In this document: piece after piece, positions 9,705 through 22,098 of the stretch
How positions within the stretch are numbered: position 1 is the stretch's first letter
Layout: every line of letters starts with the position of its first letter
Assembly: GCF_000143415.4 (NCBI RefSeq)
Contig: NW_003314325.1
Coordinates: forward strand, 714,086 to 778,085
DNA length: 64,000 bases
Direction of reading: 5' to 3'
Source: Selaginella moellendorffii
Lineage: Eukaryota > Plantae > Lycopodiophyta
The notes under the pieces: generated by a model
Told to the model about the DNA's origin: nothing
Seen by the model: the letters and a program-made list of their open reading frames with translations, nothing else
The model's database searches: none
Translations under genes and position numbers: made by a program

Positions 9705-12275
9705 ATGAAGATGAAGATGCGAGTTCGAGGTATTTTGGTATACTGTTGTTTGGCGATCATACCATTTCTAGCAGCATCAGTGGACGTCCCTACAAGCCAG
9801 CCTCTAGTGTATATCAACAATGATCTTGGACGGTTCGGGGCTCCACTGGAGAAGCAAGACATATATGATTCTACCTTTTACAGGACTGCCTTCTTTGAAT
9901 CAGACCGCGGTCTGTACAATCTGGGTTTTGCGAATTCTACACCGGGTCGGTACACGCTTGCTTTGGTACTGAATGCGGATTTATCGTATTCAGGGCCTTC
10001 GTATACGAGTAGATTGATCTGGGAAGCCAACCGAGAGGATCCAGTTGGGTTCAATGCCAGTCTCACCCTTGGAGCTGATGGGAACCTTGTGCTCCGAGAC
10101 GCAGATGGAAGATCTGTGTGGTCAACTGATACGGCCAACAAAGGGGCTACCCATGCAGAAATTCTGCCAACAGGTAATTTTGTAGTCAGATCCAACAACA
10201 CCATCTTGTGGCAAAGTTTTGATCATCCAAGTGACACCCTCATGGTGAGCCAGATTTTCGAACCAGGAATGAAGCTGCAGAGTCGAACAACCCTGAGTAA
10301 TTCATCTTTGGGAGTTTACTCGCTGGTCATGGAACCTGGTGGACTGGTCCTGTATTCCAACTTTTCAGGCTCTCAACAACCGTACTGGGTCAGGAGCTAC
10401 TACGGACAGGATACACTCAGTGGTGCACTTCGTACCTGTGATTCACTGGTTGCTGCAGTTCTCGAAGGAGACGGACCTGGACTATTGCTCGACCTTAAGA
10501 CCAACGGTTCTGCGGCTGCCAACCTGAAGTCCCAGACTTTGTGCAGCTTAAATGCAACAGAGCCTTTGCAGTTGAAGAATTCCAACACTTGGCAGAATCA
10601 ATCCTTTATACGACTTGAACCTGATGGAAATCTGCGGGCTTACACGCTAGGGTCCATGAATCTGTGGGAGGATCCTTACCAGCTGTTCGATGACGTCGAC
10701 TCCTGCTGGCTACCTCAGAAGTGCCAGCCTTTTGGGATTTGTTCCAACGGGGGTTGCGTAGGATGTTTAAACCCAGACGGGACAACAGCAGCTTGGAGCA
10801 GCACATGCACTGCTCCTCGGGTTGACTCTTGCACAGACGTTCAATCTCTCGATTTTCTTCCTGTCCCAGGTGCAGAGTATTTTTCCAGCAGGTACTTGAA
10901 TTCTACAGTCACAAGTTTCGAGGATTGCAGGAGCCGGTGCTTGCAGAACTGCTCCTGTTCAGCTTTCTTCTATTGGAACGAGTCTAGCTCGTGCTTCATG
11001 ACCAATAATGTCACTCTCCAGATAGTTTCCAATCAAAGTCATGTTGCATACATCAAGGCAACAAAAGTTGAACAAGGCAGTGGTACTCCTCAGCCGGGTG
11101 TCACCGGTCTCTCAGCTGGTGCTATTGCTGGAATAGTGGTTGGCGGCTTGTTCCTGATGCTGGTATGTATTTTAGCGGTGATATTCTTCATCAAGAAGAG
11201 GAGACAGATTCAGGCTGTTCAATATGACAGTGACACCTTTCTTGAATCCATAGAGAACTTGAGGCCGATACGATTCACCCTTTCGGATCTGGAACGCATC
11301 ACAGATAACTTCTCGAAAGTCCTAGGTACCGGTGGTTTTGGTGGTGTGTACGAAGGTGTACTCCCAGATGGTAGGAAAGTTGCTGTGAAGAAGCTGGAAA
11401 GTACAGGACAGGGGAAGAAGGAATTCTATGCGGAAGTTGCCGTCCTAGGGACAATTCATCATTGGAATCTGGTAAAACTGCTTGGCTTCTGCTCAGAGGG
11501 TCTAAACAGGCTTCTGGTTTATGAACACATGGAGAATGGTTCCCTGGACAAGTGGATCTACCAAGATTTCCTCGAACAGAAGGTGCTGAACTGGCAACAG
11601 AGGATGGAAATTATGCTGGGGATGGCCAGGGGTCTGGCATATTTGCATGAGGAATGCGTAGAGAAGATTATCCACCTCGACATAAAGCCTCAGAATATCT
11701 TGCTGAACGAGGACTTGGTCGCGAAAGTGGCGGACTTCGGTCTCTCCAGGCTCATGTCTCGCGATCAGAGTTACGTTATGACAACAATGAGAGGTACTCC
11801 AGGGTACCTTGCACCAGAGTGGCTACTGGAGGCTGCTATAACAGAGAAGAGCGACGTTTACAGCTTTGGAGTCGTGCTGCTGGAGGTGATTAGCGGGCGG
11901 AGGAACTTCTCTCGAGTTTCTGAGAGAGAAAAGTTTTACCTCCCGGCTTACGCATTGGAGCTGGTGACACAAGAGAAGGAAATGGAGCTGGTCGATCCGC
12001 GGCTGAAAGGCGAGTGTGACGAAGCAGTCGTGCGAGCAGTTATCAGGATTGCGTTCCAGTGTCTGCAAGAGAACGGGAGCTCAAGGCCATCGATGGGGAA
12101 GGTTGTGCAGATGCTAGAAGGCTCCAGCCCAGTGGAGGACATTCCCCTGGATAGCCTTCCCTTCTCAACCAGGAACGAAGCTCGCATCCAGCATGCTGAT
12201 TTTCTCAGCGTGACAGGCTCTACATCTGCAGGAGGGTATTGGCCACAGTCGGACACAAGCTTGGGCGCTCGATGA
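9705..12275 (+). CDS. G-type lectin S-receptor-like Ser/Thr kinase (SD2-type), intronless, 856 aa
   Basis: Signal peptide, B-lectin (IWEANREDPV, LWQSFDHPSDTL), EGF and PAN cysteines, TM helix, kinase motifs GTGGFG, VAVKKL, HLDIKPQN, DFGL, RGTPGYLAPEW. Confidence 0.96.
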   Translation: MKMKMRVRGILVYCCLAIIPFLAASVDVPTSQPLVYINNDLGRFGAPLEKQDIYDSTFYRTAFFESDRGLYNLGFANSTPGRYTLALVLNADLSYSGPSYTSRLIWEANREDPVGFNASLTLGADGNLVLRDADGRSVWSTDTANKGATHAEILPTGNFVVRSNNTILWQSFDHPSDTLMVSQIFEPGMKLQSRTTLSNSSLGVYSLVMEPGGLVLYSNFSGSQQPYWVRSYYGQDTLSGALRTCDSLVAAVLEGDGPGLLLDLKTNGSAAANLKSQTLCSLNATEPLQLKNSNTWQNQSFIRLEPDGNLRAYTLGSMNLWEDPYQLFDDVDSCWLPQKCQPFGICSNGGCVGCLNPDGTTAAWSSTCTAPRVDSCTDVQSLDFLPVPGAEYFSSRYLNSTVTSFEDCRSRCLQNCSCSAFFYWNESSSCFMTNNVTLQIVSNQSHVAYIKATKVEQGSGTPQPGVTGLSAGAIAGIVVGGLFLMLVCILAVIFFIKKRRQIQAVQYDSDTFLESIENLRPIRFTLSDLERITDNFSKVLGTGGFGGVYEGVLPDGRKVAVKKLESTGQGKKEFYAEVAVLGTIHHWNLVKLLGFCSEGLNRLLVYEHMENGSLDKWIYQDFLEQKVLNWQQRMEIMLGMARGLAYLHEECVEKIIHLDIKPQNILLNEDLVAKVADFGLSRLMSRDQSYVMTTMRGTPGYLAPEWLLEAAITEKSDVYSFGVVLLEVISGRRNFSRVSEREKFYLPAYALELVTQEKEMELVDPRLKGECDEAVVRAVIRIAFQCLQENGSSRPSMGKVVQMLEGSSPVEDIPLDSLPFSTRNEARIQHADFLSVTGSTSAGGYWPQSDTSLGAR

Positions 12276-14334
12276 GGATCGAGCATTGTAATTACTGGAT
12301 GACTATTGGAGTCGTGAAAAAATTTTGGATTCTTTTACCAGTAAATAGGCACATAAATTAACTTTATGAACCAACTAAACACTCTGGTTTTAGGGCTTTG
12401 AGTGTTTACGGCAGTATTAGGGATAAGTTTCAATGCTGGAATACGCCAAGCGCTGCTTTCGATATTTCACTACGCTGCAGATGACAGTTCGTCCGTGTGT
12501 AGAGCCGCTTATGAGGAGATTAGTGCGGTGTGCCCAACCAATGAATGCGAATGTGTCATTTTCCAAGCAATTCAGGATGATCAGGTGAATTTTCCAGCAC
12601 ATCAAAATGGATTGAGCACTCAAGAAGCTGATTCTATCCAGTTCTGCAGGGCTGCCGAAGAAGGATGCCTGCCAATTGGGTTCGTTAATAGCAATCACAT
12701 GCCAGATCGACTTGCGCCAAGCTGGGTTAACAACGTTGATGCCGGGTGAATTTAGTGTTCTTGATGCTGGGTGACTTTAGTGTTCTTGACGCAGAATGAC
12801 CGATTAAGAAATTGGATCCGCTTGCCTTGACCTTGAGGACGGCACTCGATCATGGAATCGATGGACCCGATCGAGAGTCCCGCAAAAAGGAGCTTGTACT
12901 TGGGGCATAAACGCACCACACAATCCTTTCCTGCTTCGACTGCCACTGCTACTGCTACTTCCTGCCTTTCTTTCTCCTCGCACTCCTCGTCCCCGTGCAC
13001 ATACAAGGAATGCCACCGGTGGTTCATGCACACTGCAGCTCCAGCCCTGTTAAATCTGACCTGAATTTTCCAACCAGAGCTCTCATCACCCCAAGAGGAA
13101 GTCCGGCACCTTGCGGTAAAACGAGCCCCATGCAATAGTGCCAGTCACATCAGATAACCGTGTGAGTTTCCTGTCTTGAGAACAGGGTCTTCATTGCCTT
13201 CGAGAGGACTAGTTCCTCTAGAGCTGCCTTGTGCACTTCGTACCATATGTCTTGGGAAATCCTTCACAAAGTGGTTTTCGAGTGGAAAATGAAGAATGAA
13301 GAGTAGTAGCCATTTCTTTGTCAATATCAGCTGTGAGTAAACTGTAGACGGGAAAACTAACGAGCACCGAGCTCCGAAACTCAGCTTTGCTTGTAGCTTT
13401 ATGCCACTTCTCACTACCAAGAGCATATGTTGCAATCATCACGTGCAAAGTTACTATTTTAGACATTCTTATCTTGTGTAGTACTGTTGATTCCTTTTAT
13501 TAGTCTCTTTTATTTAAGTGTTAGGCTTAACATCTATTAGATAAGTATTTTTGTTAATTAAGCTTTTAATTATCTCTTGCTTTAATTTGCATTAACTTGG
13601 TAAAAACCTTCACATAATGATGATAACTTATATCCACTATACACTCTCATATTGTGCCTTATATTTTAATTCCTTTTCAACATCATTTTATAAAGTTTTG
13701 AGCTTGTCCCAAAAATTATTTTTTAGGACTAGGGTGAAAAGTGATCTTTCATATAGTCCAAATGTATAGTAAGGATAGTGAGGGTTGAAAGTTGACCACT
13801 TAAGACATTGTCTAGCTTCCTGGTTTCCATGCCTAGATCCTCCTCCAACAGGCGCCGGAAGCTAACCATCGTGAGTGACCTAGATCATCGCTTATTAGAT
13901 ATATTATGTCCAACCCCAAGCTCTATATTATATTAGTTAGCAAAATACTTACATCCTTATGTTAGGCTGCTTATATACTGAAATAATATAATGGTATGTT
14001 GGAATTTTAAATAATTTAAGAGTGTTTCAATGATGTTTATGATTTTGTCCCTTCACTCTTTATCTATAAGCTTTAGAGTTTAACTTTGTCTTTTCATTCA
14101 ATATTAAAGTGTATTATAAATATCAAAAGCTACTTATTAATGAGTCCTTTCAGATGTTCTTTCCTTAGTACCATGATGGCAAGATATCAATATTGTTGAA
14201 CCCTTTATCAATTTTTGCCTAAGCTAGTTGAAAAATTGGTTAACATATATGCACTTAAACCGAAAGGGCACCAAAGATAGAAATCCTTAAATGACATTTA
14301 GTTAAACATATTTGATATGGTGAAGAAAAATTCA

Positions 14335-14920
14335 TGTTCTTGACTTGCACTTGTTAGTATTGAGAACCCCTGAATTTAGTCCCTAAATACTTATTATATG
14401 ATACTTATTGTATTCGTTAAAACACTTTTGCTATCATGTTTCATGTGTTAGTTTTATTTGGTCTTATTAATTATTTATGAAAAGTGTCTAGATTTGCTAG
14501 TGAAGCATATTTATAGAATGTAAAGATTGTCATAAATATAATAGTGTTATTCCCATATTTAAATTTGCAATCTAACACCATTCTATATTTAATAAATTTT
14601 CACGATTAACCAAGACTAACTATTGGGACAGGGATGAAAGCCTAAAGCATGCCTTCATATAAGGAGGGATATGGGGGGTTTTAAATATGTAATAAGAATA
14701 ATGGGTAGGTTCTATTTTCTTGCTTGTGTGTTTGTCTTTCTTTGGCATTTGGCTCAAGCTCCATACCATATTAATTGATGGAGTATTGATATTCATGTGT
14801 TAAGCCACTGATATGCTAAAATAGTGCTAAACTTTGTTTGGCTTTATGTTAGTCATGGCATTGGGATGCTAAATACTCTAAGACTGTTCTAATGTTGCTC
14901 CATGCTTTTGTCCTTTTATT
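14335..14920. mobile_element. Highly decayed inverted LTR relics of the same family
   Basis: gctatcatgtttcatgtgttagt, aagtgtctagatttgct and catggcattgggatgct are reverse-complement matches to LTR segments, with many transitions. Confidence 0.6.
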
Positions 14921-15739
14921 CTTTGGGTTATATGTTTAATAATCTTTCTATGTTCTAATTCTTTCACTCTTCGGTTAAATATTTAGAAATTTGGCTCGAT
15001 CCTTTTATTTAATGGCTAATGCCTAATACTTGGATTCTATTCTATTGCCCTTGGCACATGTATCTAAAGATGGATTCCACTTTTTGATTATTTTATAATA
15101 AATTACTATAGGGTAAAAAGTGTAAATTATATATGTTACATAATGGCTCTAAAACTCAAGTCTAGCTTCATTACTCTTGGCACATATGTCTAAGGGTTAA
15201 ATTTTTCTATGTTATAGGGTATAGGGTTAAAAATATAAGTACTACAATGGTATATAAAAATAACAAACTTTAAAAATATGTTTTAGGAAATAATTTTGAG
15301 AATCTTAGTGTAAACTCTTAAATTTAAACTTATTGAAAAGTCATCCATTCCAGTAAAAGTATTCCAAAAACTTTAATTGATTAAAACATGGAGTGCACTT
15401 TTGTTTATAGGCCATTTCCCTTTATATATGAACCCTAATAGAGTGTCTTTTAAGTTGTTCTATTTTGTTACTTATATTCAAAAGAAAAAAATAATAAATA
15501 AAATAGAAAATTTTAATCTAATTACTTTTATCCACAAAATTCATAAAAAGGATGTGAATGGTATACTTCTAAGTATTCAATAAAACTTGATGCTTATTAG
15601 GCTCTACATAAAAATTACATTATTAAGGATATTATGATATGATTAGTATAGGTAATTAAGACCACTTTATCATATTATTGCAGTAAATGGTTTTAAAATC
15701 ACTTATTTTCATATATTTACAATAATAGTTTGCACGGGC

Positions 15740-15969
15740 TATGGGTGGTTCCAAATATATAGTAGAGATAGTGGGTAGGTCGGGCATGGCTGACCAACCT
15801 GAGGCATAATCTAGCTCCCACTTGCGTGCTTGTCTTTATTCTGCGTCCAGCTTGGGTCTAAGCCCAAGTTCCATTCCATGCTAGCTGGTGGAGTCACGTT
15901 AGGCCACTGGTATGCCGAAATAGCACTAGAATTCGTTTGGCTCCGTTTTGCGTGCTAGTCCTGGCATTG
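15740..15969. mobile_element. Older LTR, left part, inverted relative to the intact element
   Basis: Reverse complement of about 16284-16530. It continues at 23235 across the CATTG duplication. Confidence 0.88.
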
Positions 15970-17139
15970 TGTAGCACACGTGGTTTTGACCTTTTATCCT
16001 ATGGTGATTTACCATAGGATAACACCACGAAGCGGAACCTAAACCCTTTTTGTGCCACGTGACAGATGCCATGTGTCACATGCCACGTGTCTATGCCACG
16101 TGTCCATAGGAACCCAAGGTTCAGGGCCTTGGGCCACTGAACGAAGGAACGGTGCCAAACTCCCAAGCATGGAGCCAAGGAGTGATGGAACCGAACCACG
16201 GAGCAACTCTCGAGCATACAGCCTAAGGAGCGAAGGGACAGGGGCCCGGAGCGACTTGGAACAGTCCTGGAGAAACCAGCATCCCAATGCCAGGACCAGC
16301 ATGCAAAACGGAGCCAAACGGAGTCTGGCGCTATTTCGGCATACCGGTGGCCTAACGTGAGGAGTATGGGTACTCCACCAGCTAGCATGGAATGGAACTT
16401 GGGCTTAGACCCAAGACCGCGACGCAGAACAAGGACAGGCACGCAAGTGGGACGCTAGACTATGCCTCAGGCTTGGTCGGCCATGCCCGACCTACCCACT
16501 ATCTCCTACTATACAATTTGGGAAACCCCCCCATAGCCCCCCCCCCCACCTCTGCTTTTCTTGAGGAACACACGCTTTGGGCTTTCATCCCAAGCCTCCC
16601 TTAGTATCAGGAGTTAGTCTCTGGGACAAGCTCGAAACTTACTAAATATGGAATGTCCCTAGATTGTGAATTTGGACACGGGACAAACACCGTTGTGTTC
16701 AGGCCGATCTCTACATTCCGTAGATGTGCCAAATGAGCAAATCTGGACACTTTCCATAAATAGCATTTGGGACTGAAATGAGACTAACACAAAGGGCATG
16801 ATAGCGAGGGTGTTTGGCAGACACGGTAAGCTATCATGTAGCGATATTGAGGGACCAATCTCAATACGCGAGGGTTCTTGTCAAGCCAGTGCAAGACAGA
16901 GCAAAAGAGAACTAAAAAGCCAGGCCAAGTATGCTTGGCTGAATAGACACTTAGGAATTCCGTCCTTATGCTCATCCGGCCAAGTACAGATGCAAAGTCC
17001 AGTTTACTAACACTTGAACAAGAGGGGCTGATAAAGGGTCCAGCAATACCGACCTCCTGCCATCGTGGCAGTAAGGTAAGAGTGTTCGTAAGGACTGGTT
17101 GACAGGTAACTTTCGATACCTGAAGTCACATTCGCGACA
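15970..17139 (-). repeat. 3' LTR (1170 bp)
   Basis: tgtagcacac...cacattcgcgaca, highly similar to 22099-23234. Confidence 0.95.
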
Positions 17140-17152
17140 CTCTCCCCCCCTA
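17140..17152 (-). other. Polypurine tract
   Basis: Plus strand ctctcccccccta reads tagggggggagag on minus, immediately before the LTR TG. Confidence 0.85.
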
Positions 17153-18639
17153 GGGAAGATCGACGTCCTCGTCGATGCACACTCGAGTCTAGAATACCGC
17201 CAAGGAAACAACTCCAGAGAAAGTTCACGGTACTCACACTATGTGAGAAATGCACCAACTTAAATGAGTTAGGAGGCAACCTCTTTGTCTAACGCGGATG
17301 CGCTACCAGCTCAGACACCTTCCGGCCGTCACCGACAAGGAAATGACTAACGGAGTCAGCCACCCTTGCTGCTCTGGGTGTCACCCAGCTACAAAAGTGT
17401 GATATGCCCCTGCCCGCAAGGACATAGAGAGAGGAGCCAGAGGCCCCAACCCTCCTGAGAAAAGAAACCAAACCCGTCGGTAAGGTTTAGATAGACTACT
17501 GTAAACAGGCAGTTAGAGTTGTTTACACGGTCATGCCCTTTGAACGGAATAAGGAACATCGACAGAGAGGCGGGTTATGTAACCAGTCGATAGTAGCTAC
17601 CCCATGACTAGAGATTTCAACATGCACACGAAGTGCCGAAGCCAATCTGCCTATACTGGCCCAAACTCAAAGATCAAGATATAGGGACTATATCAAAGTC
17701 AAACAATGATATCTTAGAGATTTAATTATCAGTGAATAAAGCTTAGATTAGAACACAAATGTATTCCAAGTAAGTTATCATCCGATAAACTAGTATTATA
17801 GTATAGGAACCACCAAGATCACTATCTTTGGAAAACATAGAATTCACCATCCAACAAAATTCAATAGCAAGTATATCATCAAGTAAACTCAATGAGAAAA
17901 CTTAACTACTAAAGATTGTAGACAGTATGCTAAACAACTTACAAAAGATAACTCAAAGAACACAAAGCATCATTGACTGACAAGCACAATGCTCGCGAAT
18001 ATATAACCCGAAGGAAATAACATCCCAACCTACTAGAACTAACTTGAGCAAAAATCAACAGAACAGAATGAATGTGGTAGAACCAACAAACACTTAGTCA
18101 TGCTAACCATTGCACCAGCCAATCTGAATAGATCCCGGTCAATAATACAAAGGAACTCAAGTTACTTGAGCAAGTGTCAGCAATATCCTATCGATATCTC
18201 AAACCCAAGAGACCAATCCAGAGCAAACCACAAAGAACATGTGGTATTGCGAAAAGCCATAAGCCATCAAAGAGAACAACTAACCATCATGAAAGATCAT
18301 CAATCATCCTATCAATAAAGAGATGCATAATCGTCATTGAAGAAAGAATCCACCATCCCGAAGAATGGCAAATCATTCTAGATCAACGATAATCAAGCAA
18401 AACCTTCGACAAGGATAATCAACTTTCCTAGATGATAGTTAATCATCACCAATGATTGCTAGATGCAAAAACCAACTTCAACATCGAAGCTAATGAGCCA
18501 AAATGCCTTCCCCAACAACTTCAAACAAATGGAACAATGAGCATAAAAAACTCAAAGAACCAAAAGCTCGAAGAAGCTTATAGCTAAGTCTTGCCTAATA
18601 ATGATCATGAGTCTGTGCATGAACTAATTTCAATGCTAA

Positions 18640-21300
18640 AGAAGAAACCATGGTACAACCCATAATATCCTCCTCAACACATCCATAAGCTAAACTTCAT
18701 AATGCCAAAGTTAATGAAGAGCATTTCTGCATCAATCCAAAAGCTAAGCACAATAAAGTTATGCCCAACAAATGATCACTAAATGATCCTCCATGAATCC
18801 ATCTATAGCAAGATGTAACTCACTTCATAACAAGCACAAGAAGAATCATCAACGATTGATATATTCCAACTTAAATCCAATAAGGATTCAAATATTCTAA
18901 TATCGATCACTAACTCTTCCCTTGTAAAGTTAGCATTGTCCATGACTCAATCACTTTTCAAGGAAAAACTTAAAGCTCAACCTCTACTAAATAATCTCAT
19001 CTAGAACACAACTAACATAAACTTGCCACTCAGTTCATTTGAACGTCAACACAGTTGCTAACTAGTAAATGCATGAATGCCAACAACACAAAGCTAAAGC
19101 CAAATCATTAACACTATCTTCATCAAGACTAATGAAACTCAATATCAATCTTGTAGAGAGATATCTCATTTCACTCGAATCTCAATGTTAACGACAAAGC
19201 ATCACTTCAATGCCATCAACACCATAACAAAACTAGAAGAAAGCAAAAGTGAATCACCACCCAAAGCTTTCTAGCAACCAAGCTAACCAAAGTCGAAGAT
19301 ACTTTAGTCAGTATCCGAGATTAATCCTTCAGCAACACTCAGCTATAGAATACATATCATCAAGGAGTGATTCACCACATCCAAGCCTCAATGAAATCCA
19401 ACACTAGGGACTAAATGTAACCAAATGATATCAACAGAGGTAGAGTCGACATGCCAACATGAAAAACCCATGTGTAAGCTTAACGACACGATCCTCCGCA
19501 ACACTATCCACTAAAGTAAGCCCATCACTACTAAATCATCATCGAGCAAAGCAAGTGTCAACAGTCCTTGATGAAGTCTATAAGTAATCACTAGTCGCAA
19601 AGCAACTAACAATCACTCCTCAATTTGCCTTCACAAGACCCAAACACCAACTCTTGTCATCAAGTTATATACTTGTCCAACATGAACATAATACCCTAGG
19701 TACGAGATAAAAGTTCATTGACAAGCACAAACTAAATTACCACTCAAATCCAACTCAACCGCAATAAGCTCACTAAAACATTTAGCCAATAGCTCTGAGC
19801 ATGCCTTGAAGAGGCTAACTATGCATGATCAACACTCAGTCGAAACTAAAGTGAAGACCATGAGATGGACTCATATAGACAAAGCTATAATACGGGTACC
19901 AACATCTCAACCTCAAACAACTAAGTTGGACATCACCATCCTCAACCAAAGCGCAGGGCCACCAAGACCAAGTCAAGATCAGTGAGAGCTCACTACTCTC
20001 ATAGAGTCTTAACAAAATGCAAGGTGTAACTTGCCACCGAGCATAATGTTATAAAATTAAGGCACAAGAGTCACCCTTCTTAGAAAAGCACAATGGCCAC
20101 TTTTCTATACCAACTCTAGACTCTATCCAACTTAATTGCCTTAGCCTCAAAAGTTAGCATCCCTTTCGGGCCGCATCATACAAACTACCACTAAGATCTA
20201 AGCCAACCGAAGTCAACTCCAACCTCTTCACTAGTTTGTATTGGCTTACGAAAACGGAATGGTTTTCGGCAAAGTGATCAATAGATCAGCCATTGGAGAA
20301 GTCTAAGAAAATTTGTGGAAAATTTCCATCCTAGAGAAAGAATGACTCTCAGTCCAGGATTGCAAACTTTCAAAACTCAACCAACTTCCTCCTACCAACA
20401 ACTTCACATAGGCTCACCTCAACACAAATTCTCATGATCGAACAACATGCTTAAGCATCGAACATCTTTGCCCATATAACCGACATCCAACACTGACATC
20501 CGCAAAGTGCAAAATGAACATCTAAGGCTTGATCACGAAGACCACATCTTTGGATATCCACATTGCACTAACACTCTTCTTCAATCACCTTCAAGATCCA
20601 ATGTGAAGCCAAAACACTAACAAAAAAAATGACATGGAAAAATCAAGGTCCAAGGAAAATTCCTCATCACTTGAAATAACAATGCCACTTCCACTAACAC
20701 AAGTTGCTAGTGATGTCAATGCCCCAACTACACATCTTCTCCATCCAACAATCTACTCCAAGTGCTAACGGATCAACCAACAAGCTATAGCAAATGAATG
20801 CTACAACCCTTTCCAACACCTAACAGGCAAACTCAAGGAAACAAGGTACCAACTTAAGCTTAGCATAATGGACCACTATAGAGAATCCAGTCAAAGCTAC
20901 TACAATGCTACTTTGTGCAAGTAGACTAGCTTCTCCATCAACCACTTTGGGATTGATCATCATTTAACAAAGCAACTTCGTAAACACATTGCTCATTATC
21001 ACATGGATATGATATAAATCACAATGACTTGATCATCAATCAAGCAACACTATGAGCAATGCCCATGTCACTACTGCAAAGGTTTATGTGAATATCAAGT
21101 GCTAACTCGATTCGACAAAATGCAACATAAATGCCACACCCCATCGATAGAGATTTACAACACCAATACTACTAACTTTTGTTCACAACACGGACAAGCA
21201 CATGCCACTCTCTATCCGACCAATCTCAAAACTAATCCAACACCAAGCTACTCAAAGAGCAATAGCAAGGTTCCCTAGAAAAAAATCGAGCATTGCAACC
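18640..21300 (+). pseudogene. Heavily decayed pol relic (RT, RNase H, integrase)
   Basis: Plus-strand remnants read by eye: ISSSTHP*A...FCIN..KL (about 18665-18750), QSFL..AN..RRY (19262-19305), LGTR...QLNR...ALS (19696-19803), SYSKSN (about 21245). Confidence 0.5.
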
Positions 21301-22084
21301 CAAGTTTTCCAATAGCAAGCTTAGACAAAAAATGGTTTAGCGCTTCACCGCTATCCATCCCACAACTCACCATTGTAAGACCACCATCTCCAACATGCAT
21401 CAAGATAGGGACTCTTGATTGCATGATATGAACACAAGCAATGAGTTAACACCTCGTTGCAAATCATCTCTCCAAGAAGAGAAAATGATTTACGTATTTG
21501 ATCCTCCGTCCCCGATGACTCTCTTTTCGGTCTCATCTTTGACCAAACCTCAAGTTTGCTTTTGCACTGCCTTCAGTTCAATCGAAGAAAATTTTATGAG
21601 AGAGCACGGCCATGACTACTTGAACCAATAGACTAATCCCTATAGTCTTGATTGATCCACTTATAATCATGCCTAGGAAGGATCCACTAGTGCCGTGCTA
21701 AATAGCTACGGACCAGCCTATTTGCCACTCATAGCAAACTCAGGGAAAGTTTACTTTCACCCACGGTACATGGAACAACTCATGGAACCACCGATAGGCT
21801 AATATTAATCCTGCCAACTCAAAGTGTAACCTCGAGTTGCTAATGTGCCTCACTCACGAGCTCAAGCTTAAACTCGTGCTACCGGGACAACTCAAATCCA
21901 TCCTATGAGCCCAAGCGCAAGCTCACATCATAAGGTACAATAAGGTAACAATATCCATACCCAAGGAACCAATTGCGAAGCCTTTGCACCCAAACATGTA
22001 CCCACTCGGATCATCGTTTTCATCTCTGCGTATGCAACAAGACTAGTTGCCCAATCTCATTGAATAGTACTCGCTGAGACTCTT

Positions 22085-22096
22085 TCTCTGATACCA
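22085..22096 (-). other. Primer binding site (initiator tRNA-Met)
   Basis: Minus strand reads ...gctaCA tt TGGTATCAGAG. Confidence 0.9.
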
Positions 22097-22098
22097 AA

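Noticed and set aside
12402-13135. Possible gene remnant (WD40-like) on the minus strand
   Set aside because: I could assign no motif or exon structure with confidence.
15999-17279. ORFs within the LTRs
   Set aside because: These are chance ORFs in GC-rich LTR sequence, and their lengths and starts differ between the two LTRs.
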